A DNA stretch of 64,000 nt, taken from positions 868,001 through 932,000 of the forward strand of contig OY253670.1 of NCBI GenBank assembly GCA_958009085.1. The letters run 5' to 3'. Positions 11,936-25,921 of this stretch are shown piece by piece. How positions within the stretch are numbered: the stretch's first letter is position 1; the number at the start of each line of letters is the position of its first letter. The notes under the pieces were generated by a model. The model did no database searches. It was not told the origin of the DNA and saw only the letters and a list, made by a program, of their open reading frames with translations. Source of the DNA: Protoeuglena noctilucae. Its lineage: Eukaryota. A program made the position numbers and the translations under genes.

Positions 11936-14503
11936 TCAAGAGCTCGTCTTCTTCTTGAGGACGAAGTAGATCCACACGCGGAGGACGATGAGCATCCCAA
12001 GAAGGACCATCGAATCCCGGACGGGGTTGAGCGACTCGGGCCTCGGCATGCCCGAGGGGTAGTCAGGGAGGTCGCGTCCCTGCGGGAGGGGTGGATGGCC
12101 ATGAGAACGGCAGTGAGGGTGGCAGTGGGGGTGGCAGTTAGGGCGGTAGTGGGGTGGCAATGGGGGTGGCAGTGGGGTTTGCACCTGGTACTGGAAGTAG
12201 AGCAGGAGGTTCCAGCCGTAGTAGATGAACCCGATGTACCGGACCCAGGCGATCCAGACGGGGATGTGGCTGACGTAGAAGCCACCCGTCAGCATGAACG
12301 CCTGGGATCAAAAGGGGCGCGTCGCAAGGGTGGGTGCCTGAGCGGCTGAGGCTCCCAGACGCCTCTGCCGCACAGGCGGCTGGCTGCTCAAGAGGTGCGG
12401 GTGTCCAGGGTCAAAGCGAGGCGGACAGGTCAAACACAACAGGTCGCATGAAGTGGGATTCACAACTCACCAACATGAGGATGGTGGCGATGGTCTGGGC
12501 GGTCTTGGCGTTCATGACGGCGGCACCCAGGAGGAGGCCGTAGGACTGGGCCACCAGGAGGATGAGGATGACGGTGAAGTAGTTGGAGAAGAAGGCGGCC
12601 GGGGTGGCGCGCAGGCCGCCGAACCAGTAAACCACGAGGACGAAGAGCGTGGGGTAGAAGCAGTCAAGCGGGATGTCCGCCGCGACCCGCGCCGTGTAGA
12701 AGGCCGAGAGGCGGTACATGCCTGAGGCGCGCTCCTTGAGCATCATGCGGAACTCGGACGGGAAGGTGAAGAGCGCCGCGAAGAGGGTCGCGAAGGACAT
12801 GAAGAGCATCTCGAAGAAGAGCAGGCCGCCCGTGTCGGAGATGCCGGTGCTCGACGTCTTCCGCCCGCGCTGCCACCAGAAGAGGCCCGTGAGGATGCCG
12901 ACGACGAAGATCTGGAGGAAGCGCTGGATGCTGAGGGCGTCGAAGCGGCGGACCTTGACGAAGCGCTGGATGAGGATGGAGAACTGCGTGCGCCAGTTGG
13001 CACCCTCCCGGACGTGGATCTCGTCCTCCTGGGCGCCAGACTCCACGTCCGCGTCGGTCCCGGCGCGAGTCCCCTGCGACGAGTCCTGCGAAGAGTCCGC
13101 CACCAGCTCCTGCAGGCGCGCCGCCCTCTTGGCCGCTGACTCCGCGTAGCCCTTGCGCCTCCTCCGCTCCTTCTCCTTCGCGTCGCTGTTGGGCGCCTCG
13201 AGGAACTTGGCCCACTCGTCCGTGAAGTACGAGTTGCCCTTGGCCCCGCTCGAGATGTCACCGGACGCGAGGTCGAGCAGGAAATCAGCGATGTTGACGC
13301 CGAACGGCACCTTGTAGCCGACCGACTCGAAGTACTGCGCGGCCATGTGGGCGTCGCCGTGGTAGATGGCGTGCCCCTCGGAAAGGAGCAGGAGCTTGTC
13401 GAGCTCGTGGTACATGCGGCTCGAGGGCTGGTGGATGGTCGTGATGACTGACCGGCCGCCGATCGCCAGCGTCTTGAGCGTGTGCACGAGCTTGAGGGCC
13501 GTGGTGGCGTCCAGCCCGGACGTGGGCTCGTCGAGCAGGAGCACGGAGGGGTTGATCAGCAGCTCGTGGCCGATGGAAACGCGCTTGCGCTCGCCACCCG
13601 ACACGCCACGGCGCAGATAGCCGCCCACTGCAGGCAGAAGAGGCAGCAAACTGTCACGAGGTGCCCATGACCAGGACACCTTTGACACGTTTGCACCAGC
13701 GCAAACAGCTTCTCTCACCGATGGTGTTCCGACACTTGACCAGGCCCAGCGCCTTGAGGACCGTCTCCACGCGGTCGAGCTTCTGCTTCCTGGGCATCTT
13801 CTGCGGCAGCCTCAGCATTGCCGCGAAGTAGAGCGTCTCGTACACCGTTAGCGACTCGAACAGCAGGTCGTCCTGCAGCACGAATCCGATGCGTCGCTTC
13901 ACGTCCTTCGTCAGCGCGCTCCCGTTGAAGGTGACCGCGCCCTCCATCTTGCTGAACTTGGCACGGCCCGCCACGGCGCTGAGCAGCGACGTCTTGCCGC
14001 CACCGCTGGGTCCCATCAGCGCCAGCACCTCCCCCGGCACGACGACACCCGACAGGCTGTAAAGGATCTGCTTTTCTGCCGGAGGCCCGTTGTCAGACCC
14101 TTTCTTCTTCATGCCGACGGCGTTCTTGCGCATCTGTGGGCAATGGGGAGCGGGAGGCGCGGTCGGCAGGCAGCGGGGTAGACGCGTGGACGGAGCACGG
14201 CGGCTTGTGCCAAAGTGCCGCTGCGAACCTGCAGCGCAACAAAGTCAACGACCCACGCGGACAGGTTGGCGAACTCCACCGTGATCTGCTTGCTCGGAGG
14301 GATCTTCTCGAGCATGTTGACCTCGGCGTAGGTGCGCTTCAGCGTCGCCGTGAGCTCCCTGCGGGCCGGGGGAGGGTCCGCTCGTGACGCCGTGCCAAGG
14401 TGACGCAACTGCTCCTCACGCTACGTGCCAGACACCGCGCACACCTGTCGTAAATGTCCTGCCCGGCGGAGCCGCCGAAGAAACCGCCAAGGGTCTTGGC
14501 CAT
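11936..14503 (-). CDS. Half-size ABCG (White-family) transporter, copy 1
   Basis: Walker A GPSGGGKT, signature VSGGERKRVSIG, Walker B LLLDEPTSGLD, TTIHQPSS, ABC2 membrane domain (KERASGMYRLSAFY). Five GT-AG introns. Confidence 0.95.
12109..12180. repeat. Degenerate ~12-bp tandem repeat (GGCAGTGGGGGT-like, about 6 copies) in the last intron of ABCG copy 1
   Basis: Visible units: gcagtgagggt ggcagtgggggt ggcagttagggc ggtagtggggt ggcaatgggggt ggcagtggggt. Confidence 0.8.
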
Positions 14504-15314
14504 GGCGTCGCTGGTTCGCGCTGCGCCGGCGCCTTGCCGATGATCGCTTCGCCCCGACAGACCGGGGGCTACACCGCAGGCGTTGCTGCGGAGGAGGTCA
14601 AAAGCGGCCCAGCTTATGGGAGCCACCGATGGACAGGGACGCCCCGGGGACGGCTGCGGCCCCGAGAGAGCGCGCCTGTGCTTGGCCCCGGCAAATAAAA
14701 CGGAATTTATCGCGCGGCCCGTCCGCAGGGGCTCGCAAGCGGTGCAGCAACGAAGAGTGCGCGGTTAGAAATGTTCGGCTGCGGTGGGACGGCCGGGGAG
14801 GCCCAGGGCCAGCCCCAGATATCCACCTAAATCGCAAAGAGCAAAGTGATGCAGGTGAGCCAGTCGCTGGTCAGCGAAAAGCCTTTCGCCTTCCAGATGC
14901 CTCATCGATCTCAAATCTTTGCGGTGGGCCGGTGGAACCAACCCAGCTTTCGAAAGTGCCGAGAACGACACGGAGCGCGAGCGGGAGCGGCTCCTGGTGC
15001 GCGTGTGAGCGCGCCGGCGCTGCCGGCTACAAACTCCCTCCCGCGCTCACCTCTGCGCCCGTCAATGCAACGCTGCGACGAAACCCTCCAGTGCATGAGC
15101 AGCGCGCCGTCGCGGGCTGAAGAGCGGTGCGCGGGCCGCTGCGCCGGCTGTCAGAAACGGAGGCCGTGGGAGGGTAACGGGCTGGGCGCCAGCAGCCTCC
15201 ATTCAACATTGGCGTCGACAGACAGATCGGCCTGGCCTGTGGCTAGCTAGAGGGGGCGGGCTTTCCTGGCAACAACACAGCCTGCCCGAACCGGCCCCCC
15301 ACCCACCCCTGCCC

Positions 15315-16703
15315 TCACTGCGGCCTGGTGACCACCCGCAGCCCGGCCTCCTTGACGTAATCCGCCCCGGTCTTGACCGCGTCGATCAGATTGGCCTCGG
15401 ACTGCGACTGGACGATGCCGTCGATGATCCCGTACTCGAGGGCGTCAAGCGGCTGCATGTACAGGGGCCGCTGCATGTCGCGGTCCAGCTTCTCCGGCGG
15501 CTGCCCCGTCGTCCGGCTCATGATGGAGACGAAGTCCTTCTTCTCCGCCAGCACCTCCTTCCACTTGATCTGCACCTCGGTCGCCTGCGGGCACGCCGCG
15601 ACGCGGGGGCTGCGTCCGCCGCGCGCGCTCCGGGTCCGGCGCATCGGTCCCGACAAGAACAGTCGCGGAGCCGGTCGGCGGCACCGCGCCACCCGGCCCC
15701 TGCCCTCGCCTGCCGCGCGCCCGTCGGGGGTACCCTGGGCTGGTGAAGCATGGCTGTGGCGTGAGGGAGCATGAAGCGCTTGCCCTTGGTGCCCGCCGAG
15801 AGCAGCATGCAGGCCTGCCCGATGGCGACGCCCACCCCCACCGTGTGGATGTCATTCTTGACGTAAGACATGGTGTCGAAGATGGCCATGCCCTCTGTCT
15901 CGAAGCCCACCGTCTCCCCGTCCGCACGCGTGCACCCAGTCGAGTTGATGTACAGGAACATGGGCTTGCGCTGGTCCCTGCGTTTGTTACGAGCGGATGT
16001 GCCCCGTCAGAGATAATGGCGCGCGTCCAAAGCCCTCACCAGCCCTCTGCCCTGCGCGCGTCGGCCCCTACCTGTACTGCAAGTACAGCAGCTCCGCCAC
16101 GATGAGCTCCGTCACGGCCGAAACGAGCGGCATGCCGAGGTACACGATCCGGGACTCCAGGAGGAGGGAAGGGAGGTCTGGCGGGGGCGTCTGGGGACAA
16201 GGGCGGCGAAGGCGGCGGAGGATAGATACGCGGCCGGAAGCACGTCATCGCTTCCTCCCGCGGCGAGGCAGGGCCGACGCACCCGCGGCTTGTGCTGGTC
16301 GGACGACGACGCCACCGCTGCGCCCGGGGCCCCCGTGCCGGAAGCCACCACCTCCAGCCCGTGGGACAGGCGCTGGTCCCCAATCGACTGCATGGACGCC
16401 CTCACGCTCCTATCCGGGGTCCACAGATCCAGCCGGGGCAGGTCCTCTGCTCGGGTAGGGGGGGGGAGTCAGCATGTGGCGTTCCGCAGCAGCGATGGCA
16501 CCGCTCCACGGCTGAGCTCGCAACAATCGTCAGTACAGTCATCTTGGGGCCGCCCTCGCGGCTCCCCCGGGCCCCAACACGACACGGTCGGCACCTGCCG
16601 ATCCCCGGGCGCGCACGCTGCCCCTCCTCCCCGCCGCCGGCCGCTCCACCCGCGGCGCGGCCAGGCATTGCCCCCGGACCGTCGACGCGACGAGTCCAGA
16701 CAT
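15315..16703 (-). CDS. CLPR3: Plastid Clp protease non-catalytic subunit ClpR3-like
   Basis: Transit peptide [78 protein letters not shown] (ClpR insertion) and AIGQAC, which lacks the catalytic Ser. Confidence 0.88.
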
Positions 16704-16952
16704 CTCTCCGCGCGCAGTCGCAGCGCACGAGCCGAGACGGGTGGGATGGTCACCAGCAAGCCGCGCGTGAAGCCCACGCGACAGTCCAGCGATGCTACCT
16801 AACTCAAACTTACCGAGCGCCCGCGGAAGGGGTCGCCCCGTCTCCTGGGCCGGCGGACCGGGTTACCCGCTGCCCGAACGCATGGGCGCGAAACAAGGCC
16901 CGTGCCCGGGAACGCCCCCGCCGTTTCTTTTCGCACTACCGAGCGAGTGGGC
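16704..16952. promoter_or_regulatory. Probable bidirectional promoter/5'UTR region between ClpR3 and plastid rpl33
   Basis: Two start codons face away from each other about 250 bp apart. No specific motif identified. Confidence 0.4.
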
Positions 16953-17671
16953 ATGTCGAGCTTCGTGGGCTCCACGCTGGGCCTTCGGGCGTCCGTGCCG
17001 GCGAGCACATCCGACGGAGGTGCGGGACACGGACTCTGGCGACTCCACGGGCCGTCCGTGAACGGAGATGCTTACGTAGCGCGCGCGCGCCCCGCTGGCT
17101 TTCGGGCGGGCCGGCCCCAGTGGATAGACTGGCGTCTGGCTGCCGGCCATCTCGCCCTACGCCTCTCTCCCCCACCCATGGCCCCTTCCCCGCTTATTTG
17201 CGATTGTGCTTGATAACCTCGGCCGGGGGACGCGCCCCGCGGGACCGCGCTGGTTCCCCTGGGACGCCTTTCGCGTCGGCGCGCGCGCCCTGCCGGCAGC
17301 GGCCTCCTCGCCGGCGGTCAGCAGCGCTACGCCCCCTTCCCCCAGGTGCTCGCCGCATGGTGACGTGCATGGCCAAGAAGAAGGGTATCCGGAGGATTGT
17401 GACCATTGAGTGCACGGAGGCCAAGAACGAGAGCGCGACGCCCTCTCGCTACACCACCCAGGTCAGCGCAGGGCTACGGCTGGCGTTGGTCGGATCTCTG
17501 GCCGCGCCCGCTCCCCGCTGCGCCCGCGCCCCGCAGCCGGCCAGCGAGCAGCACGCCCCTCCGCCCCCTGGCCCGCAGAAGAACACCAAGAACACCCCCG
17601 AGCGCCTGGAGCTGATGAAGTACAACCCGTTCTTGCGGAGGCACACCCTGCACCGCGAGCTCAAGAAATAA
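16953..17671 (+). CDS. rpl33: Nucleus-encoded plastid 50S ribosomal protein L33 with transit peptide
   Basis: Exon 1 [22 protein letters not shown] splices to [30 protein letters not shown], then [30 protein letters not shown]. Ends at TAA. Confidence 0.93.
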
Positions 17672-18079
17672 AGCCGCGGATTGGATTGATGAGCGGAGAC
17701 GTGACAGATAGGGCCGCTCGAAGACTGCGCGTGCCGCACTGCATGGCGTGGCGTCCCACGAGCTGGGCACCACACGTTGAGTTGTTGTTGCTGTGTCCTT
17801 AAACTTTCGTCACGACTGGGGAGCCGTTTCCACTGGCTCGCGCGGCCTAGGTGGGAGCTGGGGTCAGCCTGTGTGTCGGAAAGCTGGCCGTCGCCAGCCG
17901 CGAAAGCGCGCAAGCTCGCGCACGGGGCGGCAATCCCAGCGAGCTCAGCCGCGCAGCTGGTCCTTCTGCTCCTCCTGTCAACCTCTGAGGGGCCCCCATA
18001 GCACGCGGGGGCCAGACGGCCTTGCTCGGGGCGCAAGATCGGCATTTCTGAGCAGCAGAGGCCAATTATCGTCGCCACG

Positions 18080-20872
<2,793 letters not shown>

Positions 20873-21675
20873 ACGCTCTCGGAACCCGTTGAAGGCGCGA
20901 ATGCAGGGGGCAAGTCGAGGGACCTCCCCGCTGACTCAGGAACCCTTGTCTGACCCATTACGACATGCTATTGTTTTGCAGCTTAAGAGCGCCGGGGGCG
21001 GCCGGCGACGGTCAGAACGCTCACCTCCGCTGCAACCTCCTTTCCCTCTGGTCGCCTGCGAGCCTCCGCACCCCGCCGACTGCCGCGACTGCCCCCTGCG
21101 CGTGCCAGCAGCGGCCCAGCGGTCAGCAGACCTCAGACATCCTCGAATTCGATCGAGAGAGACCCCACGGGTCGCCTGGTGAGGGCAGGGGAGGGCGGGG
21201 GACGGGGGTTTCCGGGTTATGTGGGCTTACGAGGGCGCGCGGGCCCCGACGCGAACAGCCCCTGGCGCCCTCGTAGCTTCCTCCTGTCGTGAAGAGCTCC
21301 ATTTCAGAGAGCGTGTCTGCATTTTGCGCCGCGTGTTCAATTTTAGAAGTTTTGACGGAGTCGTGGCTAGCAGTGTCCTCGGCCTCGCTCCCAACACCGT
21401 GCTCATCAGGGTGCTAGGAGGGGCTCAGATGGTTGCGATCATGATGTTGCGACGGCGACGGGGTCTCATGGTGCCGAAAGGCCCGCGCACACGCGGCGGC
21501 CACCGCCGTGACCCTCTGACTGCTTGACCAGCCCCCGCGCGGCGAGGCGGTTTCGCGATCTGCGCCTTGACCCATCCATTTTGCGCCCGCTGCTCATTCA
21601 TGGGGCCGGATGTCGCGACGTCAAACCGTCTCTTTGTGGCGTGCAGTCCCCCGACGCGGGAGAGCGTCTGGTACC

Positions 21676-24310
21676 ATGGCGGGCGCCATCCGCAACCTCT
21701 TAGGGGCGGCCACCGGGGACGATGTGTACGGCAGGTGCGACGATACGGCTCGAGGGTATGATGCGGGCCCAGTTCTGCCGAGACGCGCTGTGTGATGGGC
21801 GCCCTAGCCCTGGACCCGCAGGGAGCTCACGGCGACGCTGAAGCGCACCTACGCCGAGGTCAACATGCTCGAGAAGATCCCTCCGAGCAAGCAGATCACG
21901 GTGGAGTTCGCCAACCTGTCCGCGTGGGTCGTGGACTTTGTGGCGCTGCAGGTTCGCAGCGGCACTTTGGCACAAGCCGCCGTGCTCCGTCCACGCGTCT
22001 ACCCCGCTGCCTGCCGACCGCGCCTCCCGCTCCCCATTGCCCACAGATGCGCAAGAACGCCGTCGGCATGAAGAAGAAGGGGTCTGACAACGGGCCTCCG
22101 GCAGAAAAGCAGATCCTCCACAGCCTGTCGGGCGTCATCTCTCCCGGGGAGGTCCTGGCGCTGATGGGACCCAGCGGCAGCGGCAAGACGTCGCTGCTGA
22201 GCGCCGTGGCGGGCCGCGCCAAGTTCAGCAAGATGGAGGGCGCGGTCACCTTCAACGGGAGCGCGCTCACCAAGGGCGTCAAGCGGCGCATCGGATTCGT
22301 GCTGCAGGACGACCTTTTGTTCGAGTCACTGACGGTCTTTGAGACGCTCTACTTCGCGGCCATGCTGAGGCTGCCGCAGAAGATGCCCAAGAAGCAGAAG
22401 CTTGACCGCGTGGAGACGGTCCTCAAGGCGCTGGGCCTGGTCAAGTGTCGGAGTACGATTGGTGAGATGCCTGTGCTACTGGCGCGAGCTTGTCGAAGAC
22501 AGCCTTGTTTTGATCAGCTAGCGTCTGGCCTGCCTTGTTATTGCCGCCAGCAATGCGCGCAAGTCTCACCATCGCGCGGCTCGTCTGCCTGCAGTGGGCG
22601 GCTACCTGCGCCGTGGCGTGTCGGGTGGCGAGCGCAAGCGCGTTTCCATCGGCCACGAGCTGCTGATCAACCCCTCCGTGCTCCTGCTCGACGAGCCCAC
22701 GTCCGGGCTGGACGCCACCACGGCCCTCAAGCTCGTGCACACGCTCAAGGTCCTCGCGATGGGCGGCCGCTCGATCATCACGACCATCCACCAGCCCTCG
22801 AGCCGCATGTACCACGAGCTCGACAAGCTCCTCCTCCTGGCGGAGGGGCACGCCATCTACCACGGCGACGCCCACATGGCCGCGCAGTACTTCGAGTCGG
22901 TGGGGTACAAGGTGCCGTTCGGCGTCAACGTCGCCGACTTCATGCTCGACCTCGCGTCCGGAGACATCGCGAGTGACGCGCGCGGCCCGACCTACTTCGC
23001 CGACGAGTGGAGCAAGTTCCTCGAGGCGCCCAACAGCGACGCGAAGGAGAAGGAACGGAGGAGGCGGCAGGGCTTCGCCGAGTCGGCGGCCAAGAGGGCG
23101 GCGCGCCTGCAGGACATCGCCGACCACCACGGGGACTCCAAGTCGTCTCAGGGCACCCGCCCTGGCACTGAGGTCGACGTCGAGTCGGGCCACGACGAGG
23201 AGGAGGGCCACGGCACGGAGGTCCGCGAGGGCGCCAACTGGACGACGCAGTTCTCCATCCTCATCCAGCGCTTCATCAAGGTCCGGCGGTTCGAGGCGCT
23301 GAGCATCCAGCGCTTCATGCAGATCGCCATCGTTGGCATCCTCACGGGGCTCTTCTGGTGGCAGCGGGGGCACAACAAGGGCGCGGTCGGCATCTCCGAC
23401 ACGCTGGGTCTCCTTTTCTTCGAGATGCTCTTCATGTCGCTCTCTACCATGTTCACGGCGCTCTTCACCTTCCCGTCCGAGTTCCGCACGATGCTCAAGG
23501 AGCGTGCCTCGGGCATGTACCGCCTGTCGGCCTTCTACCTGGCCCGCATCTCGGCGGACATCCCGCTCGATTGCTTCTACCCGACCATCTTCGTGCTCAT
23601 CGTCTACTGGTTCGGCGGCCTCCGCGCCACCCCGACCGCCTTTTTCTCCAACTACTTCACCGTCATCCTTCTTCTCCTTGTGGCCCAGTCCTACGGCCTC
23701 CTCCTGGGCGCCGCCGTCATGAACGCCAAGACAGCCCAGACCATCGCCACCATCCTCATCCTGGTGAGGCGTGCACCCCCGCAAGCGCCAGCGCCAGCGC
23801 GCCTTCCTCGCAAGCCCGCTTCCTCGCAAGCCCGCTTCCTCGCAAGCCCGCTTCCTTGCGGGCCCTCTCATGCGCCGCTCCTTGAGCCGCTCTGATGCGA
23901 GTTCCACCCTCACGCCGCACCACCCCGCCCGACCCGTGCAGGCCTTCATGCTGACGGCCGGCTTCTACGTGAGCAACATCCCCGTTTGGATCTCCTGGGT
24001 CAAGTTCATCGGGTTCATTTACTACGGGTACAACCTGCTCATATACTACCAGTACCAGGTGGGCCTCCTCGCGGCCGTGCTTCTTGGCTGTCGTGTCGTC
24101 CTGCGTGACGAGGCGTGCATGTAGGCGTGCCTGCTCAAGGCCCTTCCCACATTGGCCTTGCAGGGGCTCGATTTACCTGATTGGCCGAGTGGTTACCCCA
24201 AGCCCAGTGAGCTCATCCCCATCCGCGACTCGATGGTCCTCCTGGGGATGCTCGTCGTCCTCCGCTTGATCATCTACTACGTGCTGAAGCAGAAGACGCA
24301 GATGAAGTAA
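21676..24310 (+). CDS. Half-size ABCG (White-family) transporter, copy 2 (inverted paralogue of copy 1)
   Basis: GPSGSGKT, VSGGERKRVSIG and LLLDEPTSGLD. Same five intron positions as copy 1 and a closely similar protein. TAA at 24308-24310. Confidence 0.95.
23803..23858. repeat. 16-bp tandem repeat (CTTCCTCGCAAGCCCG, about 3.5 copies) in an intron of ABCG copy 2
   Basis: Visible units: cttcctcgcaagcccg cttcctcgcaagcccg cttcctcgcaagcccg cttccttg. Confidence 0.85.
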
Positions 24311-24707
24311 GGTCCTCTGTCCGCGTCTGCGCGTTCCCTGCACCCCACGCTCTCCTCTCGCCGCCTATACCCACTAGCCCTTCCACGGCCGTTATCTGCG
24401 CCCTTTTTGGACCCTGGGCTCGGAGCCGTCTTAGTCGTTGAAGGGTAGGGCTGATTTAGAGTCCCTGGCAAAGTAGGCTGGCGGCGGCAGAGCACGATGA
24501 GCTTTTCTCGGCCAACGCCGGCCCTCGGGACTCACATCGCTCACTCGCGCAACCCCTCTGCGAAAGTCCACCACGCCACGCGCCTCGGGCAGACTTCTTC
24601 TCGACCCCTGGCAGCGTGCCGTGCACCCTTGCCGCAGTCCGCCCCTCTCCCGCGCTCCGGCGCCTGCGCCGGCCTACGCGGTCGCAGGGAAGCGATTGGG
24701 TACAAGG

Positions 24708-25740
24708 ATGAACCGGCTTTTCGGGCGTAAGAAGAAGGAGGAGGAGGCCCCGGTGTCCCTCGAGGACACGGCAAAGAACATGCAGGTGCGGCGCGCCCAA
24801 GTTGCCTCGCAAGGCTTCCAAGGAGTCGTTGGATTATATTTCTCGCTATCTTTCCACACGTCAAGTTTGGCGCGCCCTCGTCCCGCGACTGGACACCGCG
24901 GCTCGCTTGCCCTTCGCAGGACCGCGTCGACACCTACGACTCGAGAATCCGCGCGCTGGACCAGCAGCTGCTGAAGCAGAGGTGATGTAACTGACGGCAT
25001 GCCCACAGCCTGGCTTTATACCCTGAGCGCTTGATCCAGCGTGGCCTGCTCACCCTGGTACGTGCAGGGAGGCCATGAAGAAGCTAAAGCCGGGGTCGGG
25101 GGGCTACGAGACGTGCAAGCGGCGTGCGTTGCAAGTGATGAAGCAGAAGAAGATGTACGAGCAGCAGCGGGACCGGTTAATGGAGCAGCAGTTCGGCTTG
25201 GAGCAGACCAAATTCACAACGCAGCAGGTGCGCTCCCCTCCCAGGCGGCCTCCCACCTCGCGCGGAGCCGCGGTCCCTTCGAGCGTCGTTCGCGAATCCG
25301 CGCGCAGATCCAGGACTCGGTGGCGCAAGTGCGGGCGATGCGTGCCGCGCACGTGGAGCTCAAGAAGGCGACCCAGTCGAGCGGGCTCCACATCGACGAG
25401 ATCGACAAGCTCCAGGATGAGATGGCCGACATCATGGACCTGACGAACGAGATCCAGGAGGCGCTTGGGAGGAGCTACGAGGCCCCCGACGACATGGACG
25501 AGGCTGGTGCGGTGCAGGCCGTGCGGCGTGGTGCGCAGTTGGGCTTGGCGTTCAGCGCTGCCCGCGCCCAGCTCGCCCGCGTCTGGTGGCCGCAGAGCTC
25601 ATGGGAGAGCTCGAGGCTCTGGAGGCGGAGATGGGGGAGGTGGAGGCGAGCGAGGAGACACCCAGCTACCTGCAGGAGCCCGACTTGCCAGACCTGCCGG
25701 CCTCCGAGCAAGCGGAGAAGGCAGAGGCGACGCAGGCTAG
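24708..25740 (+). CDS. VPS60: ESCRT-III Snf7-family protein VPS60/CHMP5
   Basis: MNRLFGRKK..SLED, KRRALQVMKQKKMYEQQRDRL..QQFGLEQ, IDEIDKLQDEMADIMDLTNEIQEALGRSY and ELMGELEALE. Confidence 0.92.
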
Positions 25741-25921
25741 GGCGGCGGCGTGAGCGCCTCGATATTGTTTGCGGACCCAGGAGCATGACCGCTGCTGCAG
25801 TTTCAAGCCAGTGTGCGTGCGCGCTTGTTGCCAGAGCGCGGGTGAACAGAGCGTGCAGAGGTGGAACAGAAACAGGAGCGTGAACAGACTGGGCCAGGGT
25901 CAGTCGGGCGTTTGCAGTGTC

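Noticed and set aside
22441..23949. Long antisense or alternative-frame ORFs (also 55077-56426, 61621-63135, 33531-35003, 45654-46742)
   Set aside because: These are shadows of GC-rich coding sequence on the opposite strand and carry no motifs of their own.
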